This document shows positions 21,956 through 35,279 of a DNA stretch of 64,000 nt, piece by piece; the stretch's first letter is position 1; every line of letters starts with the position of its first letter. This stretch comes from Macrostomum lignano (Eukaryota). The position numbers and the translations under genes were made by a program. The DNA is taken from contig NIVC01002473.1 in assembly GCA_002269645.1 (NCBI GenBank), positions 62,001-126,000 on the forward strand, written 5' to 3'. The notes under the pieces are model-generated. The model was given only the letters and a program-made list of their open reading frames with translations, had not been told where the DNA came from and made no database searches.

Positions 21956-24900
21956 ACTTTAGTGAGCCTGCACAGGCAACTTTAGTTTACTTTAATTTAC
22001 CTTAATTTACTCAAATCAACTTTAATTTACTTTAATTTACTCTAATCTACTTTAATTTTACTTTAATTTTGCATTGAGAGAGCCAATTCGGTACTTTCAT
22101 TAAGTTTTGTTTTCAGTTTATGAAGTGCAACTGTGTTGTAAACCCTAATTTTCGTAATTTTGCGCGTAGGAGTCTGATTATTTATGACAATATGTAATCA
22201 CAGTAATTTTTTTATTTAGTCTACTTGGTTTGTGACTGCCCTGTGCCGCCGTTTCTTTGTGTATATATTTCATTAGTTTATTTCTTCGCCGGCAGTCACC
22301 TAATGTTCATTATTTGGTTGTGTTAATATTATTATTTGTCAATATTTTGTAAGCCTGGCCAGCGCCGCCGTACGCCTGGTTAGGCTCTTTGTACTTTTTG
22401 TGACTGCCCCGTGCATGTGGTAGGTGGGCTACCACTGGAGTTTTTTTTTGCTTTGTCCCCGGGTTAGGCCCATTTTGTCCACCATGAGGTGCGAAATGAC
22501 GTGTCCCGCCATCTTTCGTTCCCGGGTTTGCCCCTTTGGTTGGTCCCGCGGTTGCACCCTTGTGTGGTTTGTCCCTTTCCCGTCTGCGGTCCCTTCTGTT
22601 GCCCCACCCCCGTGCCTAATTTACTTTGCTTATTTTCGGTTCAATATTTTGTTTTTTCCAATCGATGCACCACCGCTGGATCCCGTAACTGATCCCAGCG
22701 TTGGCCTTGTTCACCCCAACTTGTGTCCTAACTCCTCCGTGTATTATTTAATCAATGCGAAATCGCAGCGTTTTACTAACTTTCTTTTACTGTTTATTTT
22801 TCTCCTCCACCTTTTTCCTCTCATCCCTTTTGTGTTTAACTTTTAACTAGCTGTTTAGTCTATCAATAAAGCTTAAGGTTCATAAGTTAGTTTAGCACCC
22901 CGGCACGCCGGATCCACTTCATCGATCGTATCTAGCTCTCTGTCGCATCAATACTAAATCACTATCGTTTGTCGACTTAATAAAACCGTAAACAGTCTGC
23001 TATTAATTTTCCTATCAATTAACTGAAGCCTCGTTAGTCTATATTAAGTGATTTGCCCGTGGGGCGTAAAACAACAAGTCCTCAACTCAAAGAAAGTCTG
23101 AGACTTCAACGTTCCGTAATACTTAAATTACGGTGGTGGCAGCTCTACCCTACTGAAAGTAAGCAGATCAGCACATTCAACACGTAAATTCTACGGTGTC
23201 AAAATCTACGGTGTCTACCATCTGAACGACCGTGCCGCTCTAACGACCGCTCTGCTACGATTACGACTACCCTCCCCCCGGACCTGAGGAACCCGGCAGT
23301 CGGAGTAACTAAGGAGAAGATTCATTGTGATTCGTCTGCGCGATTTTCCGGATTTAATTCGTGCGAACTCAACGCCGTTCGGTTTCGAAGAAACCCAACT
23401 TTTCAAACTTACCAAAGTTAACCAAATTTTAAATCTTTCCCCCCCCACCTCACTTATACGAATAATTGTATTTCTTGGAAACATTGCGATAAGCAAAATA
23501 AAAAATACAAAGACTACATCTAATTCAAAATCTGAAAATTACTAGTAAATTATAAGTATTAAAAATAAACTATAAATTAATTTCAGCCATTTATAAAACT
23601 TATTTTGCTACTTATTTTAAAAAGTCGTTTCGTCTGCCGGCAGACGAAAAGGCGGCAGACGAAATGACCGCGCACCGTAGTAAGTATAGCTCAGGCAAAA
23701 AGCCTGTTTGGCCAGTATAGTTCGGTGCATTTAATAATATTATAAGGCTAAGTACGAGTATTGTATAAAAAATACAGTATTTGAAAGAGTGTGGCAGTGG
23801 GGTTGCCACCGTTTAATAATTATGTGGCAGGGGGATGCCACTGTTCGATAATAACATTAACTGAAATTTACGTAACATCCCCGGGATTTTTTTTTCTGTC
23901 GTCATTCCTTCCCCCGGTGTGAGTTCTCCCTCTCCCGTCCCTGGTGTAATGTATCTCCATATCTATTTTAAAAGGAAACATATTTTGTACTTATTTCTCA
24001 CTGTATTATTTGTATTTCATATTTCTATTCTGTTTCTGCATTTACTGTACTTTTTAGTGTATGTACTCGTATTTATATAATTTTGCATAATTGTTTTTAA
24101 CGTAGCTTGTTTTATTGCTCAATGTAACTAATATATAATAAATATCGCTCGTAAGAGTTCGCCGCGCTCTGATTTGGCATTTTCGACTGATCGTGATAAT
24201 TCAAGTGACAGTCCTCGGCATTCATTTCGTTACACTGGCCCTGTTTGTCCCGTTGTTGTTTCTGCGTTTTCTCCCCATTTGTTCCAGTGTTTTTCTGTCT
24301 GGTCCATCCCCGGTGTCCCTTCCTTGTCCCCTTTTTCCTTCCGCTGCCCTTCTCAACGTACTATTTAAACTTTGTGTTCAGCGCGTTATTTTGCATGCTC
24401 TGCTTCCTCTGCTCTGCTCTACTATTACTTTGCCCTGCTCTCTTAGTTTTAACAGCCAGGTGTTTAATAGTTATTTTGCGTGAATAGTATAGTCGCCTAG
24501 TTACAGTTTTATTTTAGTAGCTTGTGCCTCCGGCACCCGTGGAAAACCTCGTCAATTAATCAGTTATTCAGCCTGCAATTTAACGATAATAATAAACCGA
24601 AGCAAACACCAACTTAATTATTTTTATTAATATTTCCGTTGACACTAAGCCATAGTCTCTCTTGAGTCATTGCCCGTGGGGCGTAAAATAACCAAGTTCT
24701 CATCTCAAAGAAAGCTCTGAGACTTATCCGTTCCGTAATACGTAAATTACGGTGGTGGCAGCAACTACCCTATTGAAAACAACGAGCTCAGCAAACGACA
24801 CAATTGTTTACGGTGTCAACAATCTCCGGTGTTTCATCGCTTTGAACGACCCGGGCCGCTACAAGACCGCTCGACTACGAATACGACTACCCTCCCCCCG

Positions 24901-25149
24901 GAATTGAGGGACCCGGCAGCCGGAGTAAAAGGAGAAGAACTTCGTTGTGATTCGTCTGCGCGATTTTCCGGAATTAATTCGTGCGAACTCAACGCCGTTC
25001 GGTTTTCGAAGAAAACCCAGCATTTCAAACCCACCAACTTCCAAACAAATTTTATTTTTCATCCTTCTCCACCCCCACCTCACTGGTGTCAGCTAAGTGG
25101 GATACCGAAACGCCGAAACCTTTTCAACGAGTCGTTCAAACGCTACACT

Positions 25150-26529
25150 ATGGCTTCAACTACTGATCCAACGGCCGCGGACGCAACAGCCGACGCCGCA
25201 GGCCCCGACAACTCAACACCAAGACCGACCTACGACGAGATGATCCGCGCGGTGACCGAGGAGATACGACGGCGACTGGAGCAGACCAGCCTGGGCCAGC
25301 CGCAACACCACCATCATGTGTACCAGCAGCCCCAGCAGCAGGATCGAGTTCCGGTGCCGAAACCGGTCAAGATTCAACGGTACACGCAGAACCAGGAATT
25401 CGACGTCTGGATTTAGGCGCTAGAAGAGCGTTGCGAGCTCAACGGGATCACAGACGACAGACGCAAGAAGGCGGAGGTCCTCGTGAATTTGGACATCGCC
25501 ACAACCTATCCCGCAGTTGTCCGGATGGAGCTGCCAGAGAATCTGACGTTTGGTGAGTTCAAGCAACGATTATCTGAACGCTTTACGCATGTGGCCGACA
25601 CGCTGGAGTATCGGGAGCAGTTCCGAAGCTGTCAGCAAGGCAAGAACGAGAGTGTGGACGACTACGGCGATCGACTAATTGCTCTGGCCGATCGAGCGTT
25701 TCCGCATTTTACCCCGGTTCAGAAGCAGGCTGAACTGGTGGATCAGTTCACTGTGGGAGTGCGGATTGCTCAGTCAGCCAGAGAGCAGCTAATCCTGGTG
25801 CGACCGCAGAATCTGACCGCAGCGAGGCGGGCCGTGCTACGCTTGGAGACAGCAGCTAGTCTGGCCCAGCGAGTAGCACCGCCGCCAGCAGCGAGACATG
25901 TCTGGGTCCTGGAAGATGACGACAGTCAGACGCCAACTGTGGTGCAACACGACGCCAAGTCATCTCGGCCCGAGGAAAACTGGCTGCGTGAAGTGATGGA
26001 GCAACAAGCCGAAACTCTGCAAGAGCAGCGACGACTATTGGAGACTTTGAGTAACGAGATGCGAGAATTCTACTCACGGGGATCGCGCGACAACGACACC
26101 CCGGAGCCATGGGAACCTCGCCACCAGCCGCGGGACTCGTGGGGCCAGCGCTCCAGATGTTTGGTGCCCTCGACTCCTCGCCGCAGCGCCGACGGAAGCG
26201 CCCAATTTACTACGCCCGGCACGCGAATTGTGCAACACGACCAGTTCCATCGACTTCAGCAACCGAGAGACGGCAGCAACCCGCCGCCGAGAACGCCGCC
26301 AGCAGGAGGTCAACGTCAGCAGCAGCAGCAGCCGAGTTCAAGGCCGCCGCCTTATCAGTTGCGGCGACAAAGTGCAATGTGCTATAGGTGCAACCGCGAG
26401 CATCGTGCCGAAGAGTGCCCGCACCGGCGGTCGGCCAGCACCGCGCCCCAGCGCAACGGCAGCTCGGGAAACGGGACGGCTGGACGCGCCATCGGGGGCA
26501 GCGCCATCCAGCAGCCGCGCCAGCACTAA
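25150..26529 (+). pseudogene. Gypsy gag with an in-frame nonsense codon (TAG 25414-25416)
   Basis: Retrotransposon-gag-like QGKNESVDDYGDRL...DQFTVG and zinc knuckle CYRCNREHRAEEC. The TAG corresponds to AAG (K) in the 20289 copy. Confidence 0.88.
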
Positions 26530-27140
26530 GGTCCCCGCCGAGGACTTTAGTCGCTCAGCAGGCCACTGCCGAGACTGCCTCCGCCGCAACTGTACAGAAC
26601 TCTGTACCCAAGCGACCTCGAAGGGATCCGTTTTTAACTGGTGAGATTCAAGGCCGTTATTTTGCTTTTCTGCTTGACACCGGCTCCAAGTGCGAAGTCC
26701 TCGGATTCAGCACCTGGCACCGCCTATGTACCGACGACCCGACCCTGCGTGGCCAAATCGAGCCTTGCCTGCAACGTATCGTGACCTACAATGGAGAGCC
26801 TATTCAAATGGCAGGCCAACTATCTATCAAAGTGAAGATTGGAAATTTTGAGCCAACAGTCAAGTTTCTGCTAGCGAAAGGATCGCATGACAACATCCTG
26901 GGCTTCGAGTTTCTGGAGAAGTACAGCAACTCGCTGGATCTCGCCGCCGGGATGCTGTTCTTCAAGGACGGCACTGCCGCGCCGCATCGCTACACGCGAA
27001 CTGAGGCTACCACGTGCAGAATCTACACGGCCGAGAGCACTACTGTGCCACCGCTTTCATCAGCCCGAATTAAGATTAAGCTAGCTAAAGGACGAGAAGA
27101 AAACCAGGGTACACCCGCTGTGATCGAGCCGCTAAGATAA
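26388..27140 (+). pseudogene. pol N-terminus: aspartic protease, truncated
   Basis: PFLTGEIQGRYFAFLLDTGSKCEVL (retroviral-type D-T-G); no RT follows. Confidence 0.88.
26466..26510 (+). promoter_or_regulatory. Probable -1 ribosomal frameshift signal for gag-pol
   Basis: Slippery heptamer G GGA AAC in the gag frame at 26466-26472, followed by a GCTGGA...TCCAGC stem; the protease ORF is in the -1 frame. Confidence 0.65.
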
Positions 27141-27595
27141 GCACACAAACAGTCGAGTGTGCTACTGTGCTTTGGCATGCAAACTGTTTCCAGATCGACA
27201 CAAGCTTGATAAGCACACAAACACAGTCGAGTGTGCTACTGTGCTTTGGCATGCAAACTGTTTCCAGATCGACACAAGCTTGATAAGCACACAAACACAG
27301 TCGAGTGTGCTACTGCGCTTTGGCATGCAAACTGTTTCCAGATCGACACAAGCTTGATAAGCCCACAAACACAGTCGAGTGTGCTACTGCGCTTTGGCAT
27401 GCAAACTGCTTCCAGATCGACACAAGCTTGATAAGCACACAAACAGTCGAGTGTGCTACTGCGCTTTGGCATGCAAACTGTTTCCAGATCGACACAAGCT
27501 TGATAAGCACACAAACACAGTCGAGTGTGCTACTGCGCTTTGGCATGCAAACTGTTTCCAGATCTACACAAGGTTGATAATTGCACACAAACACA
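27136..27595. repeat. 72-74 bp tandem repeat, about 6 copies
   Basis: Unit gataagcacacaaacacagtcgagtgtgctactgtgctttggcatgcaaactgtttccagatcgacacaagctt; ORF track offsets of 74 bp. Confidence 0.95.
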
Positions 27596-29589
27596 GTTGG
27601 ATAATTTCAACAAGGATAATTGGAAAAAATATCCCTTTGTTAGTTGTGTTTTATGGAGGGCTCATTGAACTTTTTTAATTTTCAAATAATATTAAATTAT
27701 TTCAAATGTTATTTCAAATATATGAGAAATTGTATATAACAGACTGAGCTGAATACTGCAATTGCCAATTATTATAGTTCTATATTTCTAAATTATAATG
27801 AGAATAATATATCTGTTTTTAAAAAGTATAAACTTTTTTGGTAAGTCATCAAAACGAAATTAGATCTATCTAGGACTGGAATAATTCGAAAAAATAATAG
27901 AGAGCACAGCACACAATCCAGATAATTTTATTTACTTTGAATAGCTAAGTGTATTCAACCAATATGAATTTAGAAAAAACAAACAATTATATAATATCTT
28001 TGTATGCCATCTTTTGTGACTTGTCTGCAGCTGATTAGGAAAATATTGCTAGCATATTACTAAGGCAGAATATTTCAGCACTCTATAAAATTTTGGAGTC
28101 TTTGGTACCATGCCACGATACTAAATGAGTAGCTACAAAGTGAATCACTTTTAACTTTCAAAAATCCAAAAGTCAATCTGAATATTCTCTTTAAAGTGTA
28201 CACTAGACTAAAGAGGCTTATACTAGACTAGACTAGACTAGACTAAAGATTATTATCTTAATTGTGTCGTGTGTTAATGTGTTACAAAGTGGATTGAGTG
28301 TAACACAAAATATGAATCATAATACTGCTAGCTAGACCTAGAAACACGTATCAAGCAATGTTACTCGATATTGTACAGTCAATAACTAAGTGGCCGATTA
28401 GCCTACTGTTAATGTCACAGCCCATAGCTCAAATGAAAGCACGTGCAGTAATTCTAAAGTTACGTTATCATTCAATTGCAAGTTAAATTTTAGCACTTCT
28501 TCATTTATCCCTTAATAAGAGCAATAATATATAACTACTTGATTTATTAGTTTTATAAAACAAATTTTTAACTGAGCTGAAGATAAAAACAGTAAAGTAC
28601 TTTCTGTTTCTTTATTAAATTATAGCTATGTTGTTATAAATAAAAACAAAAAATTGTAACACCGGGAAACTTGTATGGTTCAAACAAAAAACTTTATATC
28701 CTTGCAAATCCTCGCAAATGTGCCAGTTTCTCAATTATACTCTTTGGACATCTGGCAATTGAAAAAGCCAGCTGTCGCAATGTACAGCTCTGAAAAAGTC
28801 GAGTGTCGCAAGCGAAATAAAAAATTCGACATTTTTTTTAAGTTTTAAAGTCCTCTGCTGACCGAACCATTGAACTTCCAGTTGTGAGAATTTGTCCTTG
28901 GTTACAGGACTTGATGGACTATAAGAATCAGCAACTGTCGCAAGAATTGCCCAAAGTTTAAAATTCCTAAGCCCAAAAAACAAGCCATCCGCACGCTATC
29001 CGCACGTAACTAATTTTTAACGCCTCCCCACAGACAAGCCAAGTACATGGAATGCTTTGAACCTTCTGTTGCATAAATAAAGTGCCTAAATCTTTGCAAA
29101 ATACCCAGATTTATAGCTGTCGCAAACATTTAAATTTTTTATGAGGATGGCATGCGGCTATAGATTTACGGGAGTGCGCCGACCCGAAAGCACAGCTCTG
29201 TCATGCATAGCTAGAGTCAGCGCGCGCTTCACCCGGCTGCGTGTGCAGGCAGAGCTGCTGTCATCGACCACTGATTAGCGAAGAATGCGACCCGGTTGTT
29301 AAAAATTCTGCTGGCTTTTAACGCCTGCTGCAATGGTATGCATGGTCAGTGCGGTACTTTGAGGATTCATAGCTCGTAGATCTTATATTCTCATGAATTC
29401 GATAAACAGCTACTCAATTGAACTAAGAATGATGAATTTACTGCAGACACTACTGACGAAATTGAGTTTAGTAGTTGATTTTCGCGCTGTCGCGAAACAT
29501 TTTTTTTTACATTAGCTTTTATGGCCTCATAAGCGGTAAATGAGTGGCCCATCTTGTGTATAGTATATGATTTTTGCTCTGATTCAACT

Positions 29590-29720
29590 GATGTGACTCG
29601 ACCCAAATGTCAATCAGCTTCCAGATTGCGCTAACAGTCCTTCTGTTGATCGATTGCGAGAGATGCTTAGTGAGAAATCTGATATAGATACTCGGTCGAT
29701 CCCAAATCATTTTTTGTAAA
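29590..29720 (+). pseudogene. Possible hAT transposase C-terminal dimerisation-domain remnant
   Basis: Frameshifted FQIALTV...DCERC resembles the hAT IALT..S...CERSFS motif; short and degenerate. Confidence 0.3.
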
Positions 29721-32700
29721 AGAGTTTTGAATGTACACTCATTGCATACACTACCGTGCTCTTTCCATTGAATCAGAGACCATATTGACACAACCGATGA
29801 AGCCGCATTGAGCAGTGATCTGCACTCGGCATTAAACTCAGCCGGCTTCATCCAAGAAAGAGCCAGAATGCAAAGCGCACTCGCCGAAGTCACACAGTCC
29901 ATAGTGAGACTTCGGCGAGTTCACAGAGCACGACAATCACTTCGTTGGCAGCTTACCCGAGGGCTGGTCAAGCAGTCTGGTGCGACTGGACGGCCGGACA
30001 GATCAGGACTCTGACATTGACGTCACCGTTATTGACAGAAATCGCGTCGTTCACTTTAAGGGGACTTGCAAGTACGACAGCTAGTATCTCTCCACAAGTT
30101 AAAGGGTTGAAAACTTAAATCACACCAAGAGCATGGTGTTCTATCTGGTGGACGAAACACCATCTAAGGATTGGATGCCACAAAACTTGATTTACCTGAC
30201 AAGGCTGGCATTGTGTAAGCTCTACAATTGCTATAGTCCGTGAGTCAAGCGACGAGAATAAGCTAATGAGGCACTTTTTTTCCTGTGAAATGCTTGGATA
30301 TATATCTCAAAAAAGGAAGAGTGGGAAGCAACTCATTGCGACTGTTCTTGATGAAGTAATCGAAGATATCCTGAACATTGTTCAAAAGTTCAAGGCTCAA
30401 CCGCAACCAATCACAAAAGATACCAACTTCCATTTTCATCCGTTCCTTATGCAGTCATGCAGTGATGAAGGCGAGTAGCACTGGAAATCCACTGGGACAA
30501 CCTTCAGTCACACGATCTGTATAACGCGATCCGCAGCCTATTGCTGAGATTGTGCAGCGATGATCAGTGTTGGTGACAAGTTGCAGTCATTCCTGAATGA
30601 CGCCTAACGATTTCCGAATTGCGCCTTCTCTGCCCGACAGTGCTTAGTTGCCATGGTGCATTTTAAGCTCGGCGACCGCGAAGCCGCTAGACAGGCTCTT
30701 GATTCCTCAAGAGGACCTCGAGCACTAAAAGGAATTCAGTTCAAGCCGATGCGTGACTCGCAAGAAGTAAAGTATTGTACAGAATTTATCTGGGAGCAAG
30801 CATAAAAGTGAATCAGCTTGGAAGTTTTGCATTGAACACGAATCACCTCTGGAATTCAAATTTCTGCCTAAGGCCGTGGCCAAACACTTTCCTGTTAGCT
30901 TTTTGTACTTATAAATTGGTACTATCTGAACTTCAACGTTCTGTTCAAGTGTCTGAACATAGAGCTGAACGTCAATAGTCATTTTACAGACTCGAACGCG
31001 TGGTTTAACGAAACCTTAGTAGCCGACTCGGCAGACTTGTTGGAACTGCTGATTATTGTTGAGTTTTGCACGGACACCAATGTGCTAGTGCAGTTTATTC
31101 ATACGCTCGTAGGAACAAGTTGATCTTACAAAATCACATAGAGCTTGGGCAAAAAATATAGGAACTTCTGGGCACAAACGTAAGTCATTCTTTCAATCAG
31201 TTTATTTAATTTTTTATCGACTATCACTGCTAAGCTGGTATAAATTTATCATATTGTTTCAATTCATCGGTCTCACGAAAAACATATTATACCCGCCGCA
31301 GCGATCGTCCCTGTCAGGATTGAGTTCGCTTCTGCGTCTGCGGTCGATAAGCTACAATCGAAGGATTAGAAACGACAAGCTTAATTTTGTAAATCATCCA
31401 ATATTGGAAAACTGATCTTATAAAAGAATTACACCGTATACAAGCGCGTATACAGGAATATACGCCACTACCCCGCGCACCAACCCCTAACTCCTTTCTG
31501 TTGTTCGAAATCAATCACGAGTTAGACAGCATTACGACCCCTCTCTCCCCAAGCTTTTCCCCGCCTGTTACGTAATACCCCCACCATTAATCATTTCTCT
31601 CCACTGTGCCCACCTCAATTTCTCGTCCAATCACAGCGCGGCTGGCGGGTGACGTCATTAGGGTTGTTTGGTAACGGAGGTCCAAGGACGGGCCACAACC
31701 TGTCCTTCAATGTCACGCATCACGCTAACGTTATCGCGTGACGCGTGATATCAGGGCTAAAAATAGGAGCCTGTTTTGAGCCGTGAGCGGAAACTTTTAC
31801 CTTATCATTTACCTTTACTTTGTTTTGCTGTTCTCTGGGCTTCGGTCTCTTGTGTTGTTCTGTTTTCTCGCGAGACCGAACCTTCCCTCAGAAACTCAGC
31901 ACCCGAATCGGAAACTCTTCTCAACTTTCTCTGGCTTTCACAGGGTCGAAATTTCACAACTTCGAAACTTCTAGCAAGGTACTTCATAAGGTCAAAATTT
32001 CACATTGAAAGTTCATAGCAGCCACTTTCACAAGATCGAAATTTTGCAATCGGAAAATTTCGACTTCGTAAAGGAAGATGCTTTCGACGTGAAATTTCGA
32101 GTTGGACCGACTCTCTCGCCCCCAATACTTGATTGCTCCTGATACTCAGGATCTCCCCAATTAGCATCCACTAATTGTCCTAACACACACCCCGATCCGA
32201 GACTGCAGCCGCCGCGACCATCCGACAACCACCTGCCCGTCGGCCGCGTCTGTTAAGGTATTTTTCCTCTGTTGTGCTGCCCATTGGGTCGCATTAGCCT
32301 GGTCTCCTCGCCACCATTGCTCACCATCTGATACTCTGTCGTAACCTATTCCACTTAAATAATAAACCCAAATGTTAAGGCCAAGTTTAGGGCCAGCAAT
32401 TCTATCAGTCATGGAATGAAGTGAGTAGTGAGTGCGCCCATCGCAGGGCATGTAATGGAAGCTGAGGATCAGAGTGGATGATCACCGAGTATGAGCCGAA
32501 TTTAACCGAATACTTCTAGATAACTCCGAGTGAGATGTGCACGACGAGAGAGCACTGGGACCTGCACTTCCACATCCCCTTCCGCATCGAAACCATCTAG
32601 GAGGAAAGACATAAAATGGTGGTACCTATAATCCACCCTTGGGATCCAGGGCTTAAGAGGGAATTGTAGTCTAAAACCGCTCACCAGCTAAAAGATCCGC

Positions 32701-32730
32701 CTATGCAAAATTCTTCATTTCTAGCACTGA

Positions 32731-33190
32731 CTAGCATTCTACTCGTAGTGCGGCCCCCTTCGGGGCGCCCAATAAGCAAGGAGCAATAAATAGTTCATGA
32801 AAAACAATTAAAAAAGCACATTTTCTTAAGAACCGAAATTCCTTCTTGGTTCTTGGTTCTTGGTTCCAAAGCATCCACCAGATAGCAAGCATCCCCCAGA
32901 TATTGTTGAAGCATCCTGCCGAAAGCAAGCATCCCCCAGATATTGTAGAAGCATCCACCCAGAGATAGCAAGCATCGTGCCGATAGCAAGCTTCCCCGAG
33001 ATATTGTAGAAGCATCCACCCAGATAGCAAGCATCCTGCCGATAGCAAGCATCCCCCAGATATTGTAGAAGCATCTACCCAGATAGCAAGCATCCCTGCC
33101 CTGGATAGAAAGAATCCCATACATGTAGCCAGCTCCCCTCTCCCAAATAGCAATTACCCGCCCCCCTCGAGAGCAAGCATCAACCAGACA
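32731..33190 (-). mobile_element. Helitron 3' end fragment with internal gatagcaagcatcc minisatellite
   Basis: Minus strand: hairpin gcgccccgaagggggccgc, then CTAG followed by T (CTAG at 32731-32734). Confidence 0.7.
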
Positions 33191-33992
33191 GCAAGTAGCT
33201 AGTGCAAGCGTTACCTTCACTAATGCAATAATCGCTTTCTCACGTTGTGCAAAAATCCACGTCTCAGCTATAGCGCAGAAACTCTTTTTTAGACAGCGCA
33301 ATAATCTGCTTCTCAGCTAGTGAAATAATTTTTTCTCATCTAGTGCAATAGTCCTTAATTACTCATCAAGTCAAAAAATCGATCTCTCAGTGGGTCCAGA
33401 AAATGCTGGCCCTTCGCAATGCCCTTTCATACGGTAAAGACATATTGTGCATCTCATACAGCTATGGTGCATGTGGCATTGGTATTCACAACAAATAATT
33501 GTATTTACACAAGCTAATGCAGTAACAAACTCTGTTCTTACCGCTGCAACTAAAATATTGCAATATTGTGACCCGAGCCTTGCCAAGCAAACAGTACGAG
33601 CTAAATACCAGTATAAACATGAACTAAACGCAAGCGTGCAAATTGTGAAATAAAAGCGCACTATATAGAACTGAACGCAATATTTCATTTTTAGCTATTG
33701 CGTCAGCATCCGTTTCGATCTGCATTTGGAGCTCGTAAATTTAAAATTTGTTTTTTTGTATTCAAATGCTACACAAATTCTATTTGTGGTAGATTTCAGA
33801 GTAAAAAATAATTTCTTAATAAATAAATGACGATGGTTAAGACTAAAGCCAATGAAGCTTAATAGGCTATGAATTTTTCTGCGATTTGAGACAAATCTTT
33901 TATGATAAACACATTCGGCTTAAAATAAGACCAACATTTTATCACACAATTTTTACATCAAATTTGATTCATTTGTACATTTAGTCGTGTAA

Positions 33993-34350
33993 CTAGCAAT
34001 CTAGTGCCCCCTTCGGGGTGCTCAATTAGCAAAGAGCAAAAATTATTCATGCAAATACATTAACAAGCACATTTTCTTAAGAATCAATTCCTTCTTCAGT
34101 TTTATAAATCATCTTATATGAGTAAAATTGTCACCGACAAAGATGTTTGCTATGAATCTCTTTCTTCTAAAAGTAACAAAAAGACAACGAAATAAAGCAT
34201 TCACAAAGATAACAGACGTTCCCATTAAATAGAAAACTTACTAAGACAGCAAGCATCCGCAAGACAGCAAGCATCCCCCAAAATAGCAGCATCCCCCAAG
34301 ACAGCAAGCATCCCCCAAAATAGCAGCATCCCCCAAGATAGCAAGCATCC
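33993..34350 (-). mobile_element. Second related Helitron 3' end fragment
   Basis: Minus strand gcaccccgaagggggcactagattgCTAG then T; homologous to 32755-32835 and carries the same minisatellite. Confidence 0.7.
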
Positions 34351-35279
34351 CACCCAAATACAATAGGAAGCACCCCTAATACAATAGCAAGCACATGAGT
34401 ACATTTACATATATACATGTAAGTACAAGGATCACACAAGGTGCACTCTCTGTTGCCTTGAGAGTACGTGGTCATCATATCATGGGTGTGAATTTTACAG
34501 CAATTCCCTTACCACTTTGTTGGGAAAAAAACAAGTCAAGCCTTACTAATTAAGTGAATTAAAAAAAATATTTTATTCGTTCCATAAATCTCTTCTCTTT
34601 CCTAGCGCATTAGTATCAACGGCAAGACCCATAGAAGATTGAGAGACTTTCCCTGCACTCTGAAAAGTGACGACCACAGGCAGAATCTTCTTTGATGGCA
34701 ACTTTTCGATGTTGCTGAGTATACACGCGTGCCACCAGAACCGAAGGCCGAATTGATTAGGAGATAAAATGAGTGAACTGGGAAATGGTTAGCCAAATTT
34801 TTCCACAGGTTGTCTCTCTGTGATTGTCCTTTTATGAGGACCTTTAGTGTTGTTCCTCTGGTCGTCCGCTAGCTAACTTGCATCCGCTGGGTGAGTTGGC
34901 TTTAATCTAAAGCCTTCGATAGTAGCGTACGATAGTTGTGCTGCCACCAGCTCCTTCAGGCCTCAGACTTCGGTGAGGTGAGGGACCCGTTGGAACGAAG
35001 AAATAAACAAGACGAGCGAACTCTGCACGCTGTGACGATTTGTGACCCCAACGACCTAGTCAGCAGATCCTGCCGGGCTCAGCGGGGGTGGTTGGGAGGA
35101 CGGTGTTAGCCTAAAAGCAGACTCTAGTAACAATGCTAATGGGATCCGTATTTATAGACTATTGTCCCTATTTCTAGCAACTGACGTCAATTACTTGTCA
35201 TAAAAAGGCAAAGGCGCAGAAGCACGCGAGCTCTGCCATAAACACGACGGGCCAACATGTTTACAGCACTGCAGACTAG

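Larger units (their letters stand above)
17419..23133 (+). mobile_element. Internally deleted Gypsy-like unit: LTR (17419-19876, interrupted by TRIM), PBS, truncated gag, 3' region with accessory ORF, second LTR (22416-23133)
   Basis: PBS TGGTGGCAGC at 19877 (complementary to the 3' end of tRNA-Leu). The gag N-terminus from 20289 is nearly identical to 25150 and breaks at ~20575. LTRs share a start hairpin, TATA-like box and U5 end. Confidence 0.8.
23790..27140 (+). mobile_element. Gypsy-like retrotransposon 5' part: LTR (23790-24752), PBS (24753-24762), gag and protease, truncated by a tandem repeat
   Basis: Same U5/PBS as the other copies; gag and pro ORFs follow. Confidence 0.88.

Noticed and set aside
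31500-32720. Possible DIRS/LTR remnant (GFRLQFP motif; similar hints at 34900-35270)
   Set aside because: Motifs too short and termini undefined to support a call.
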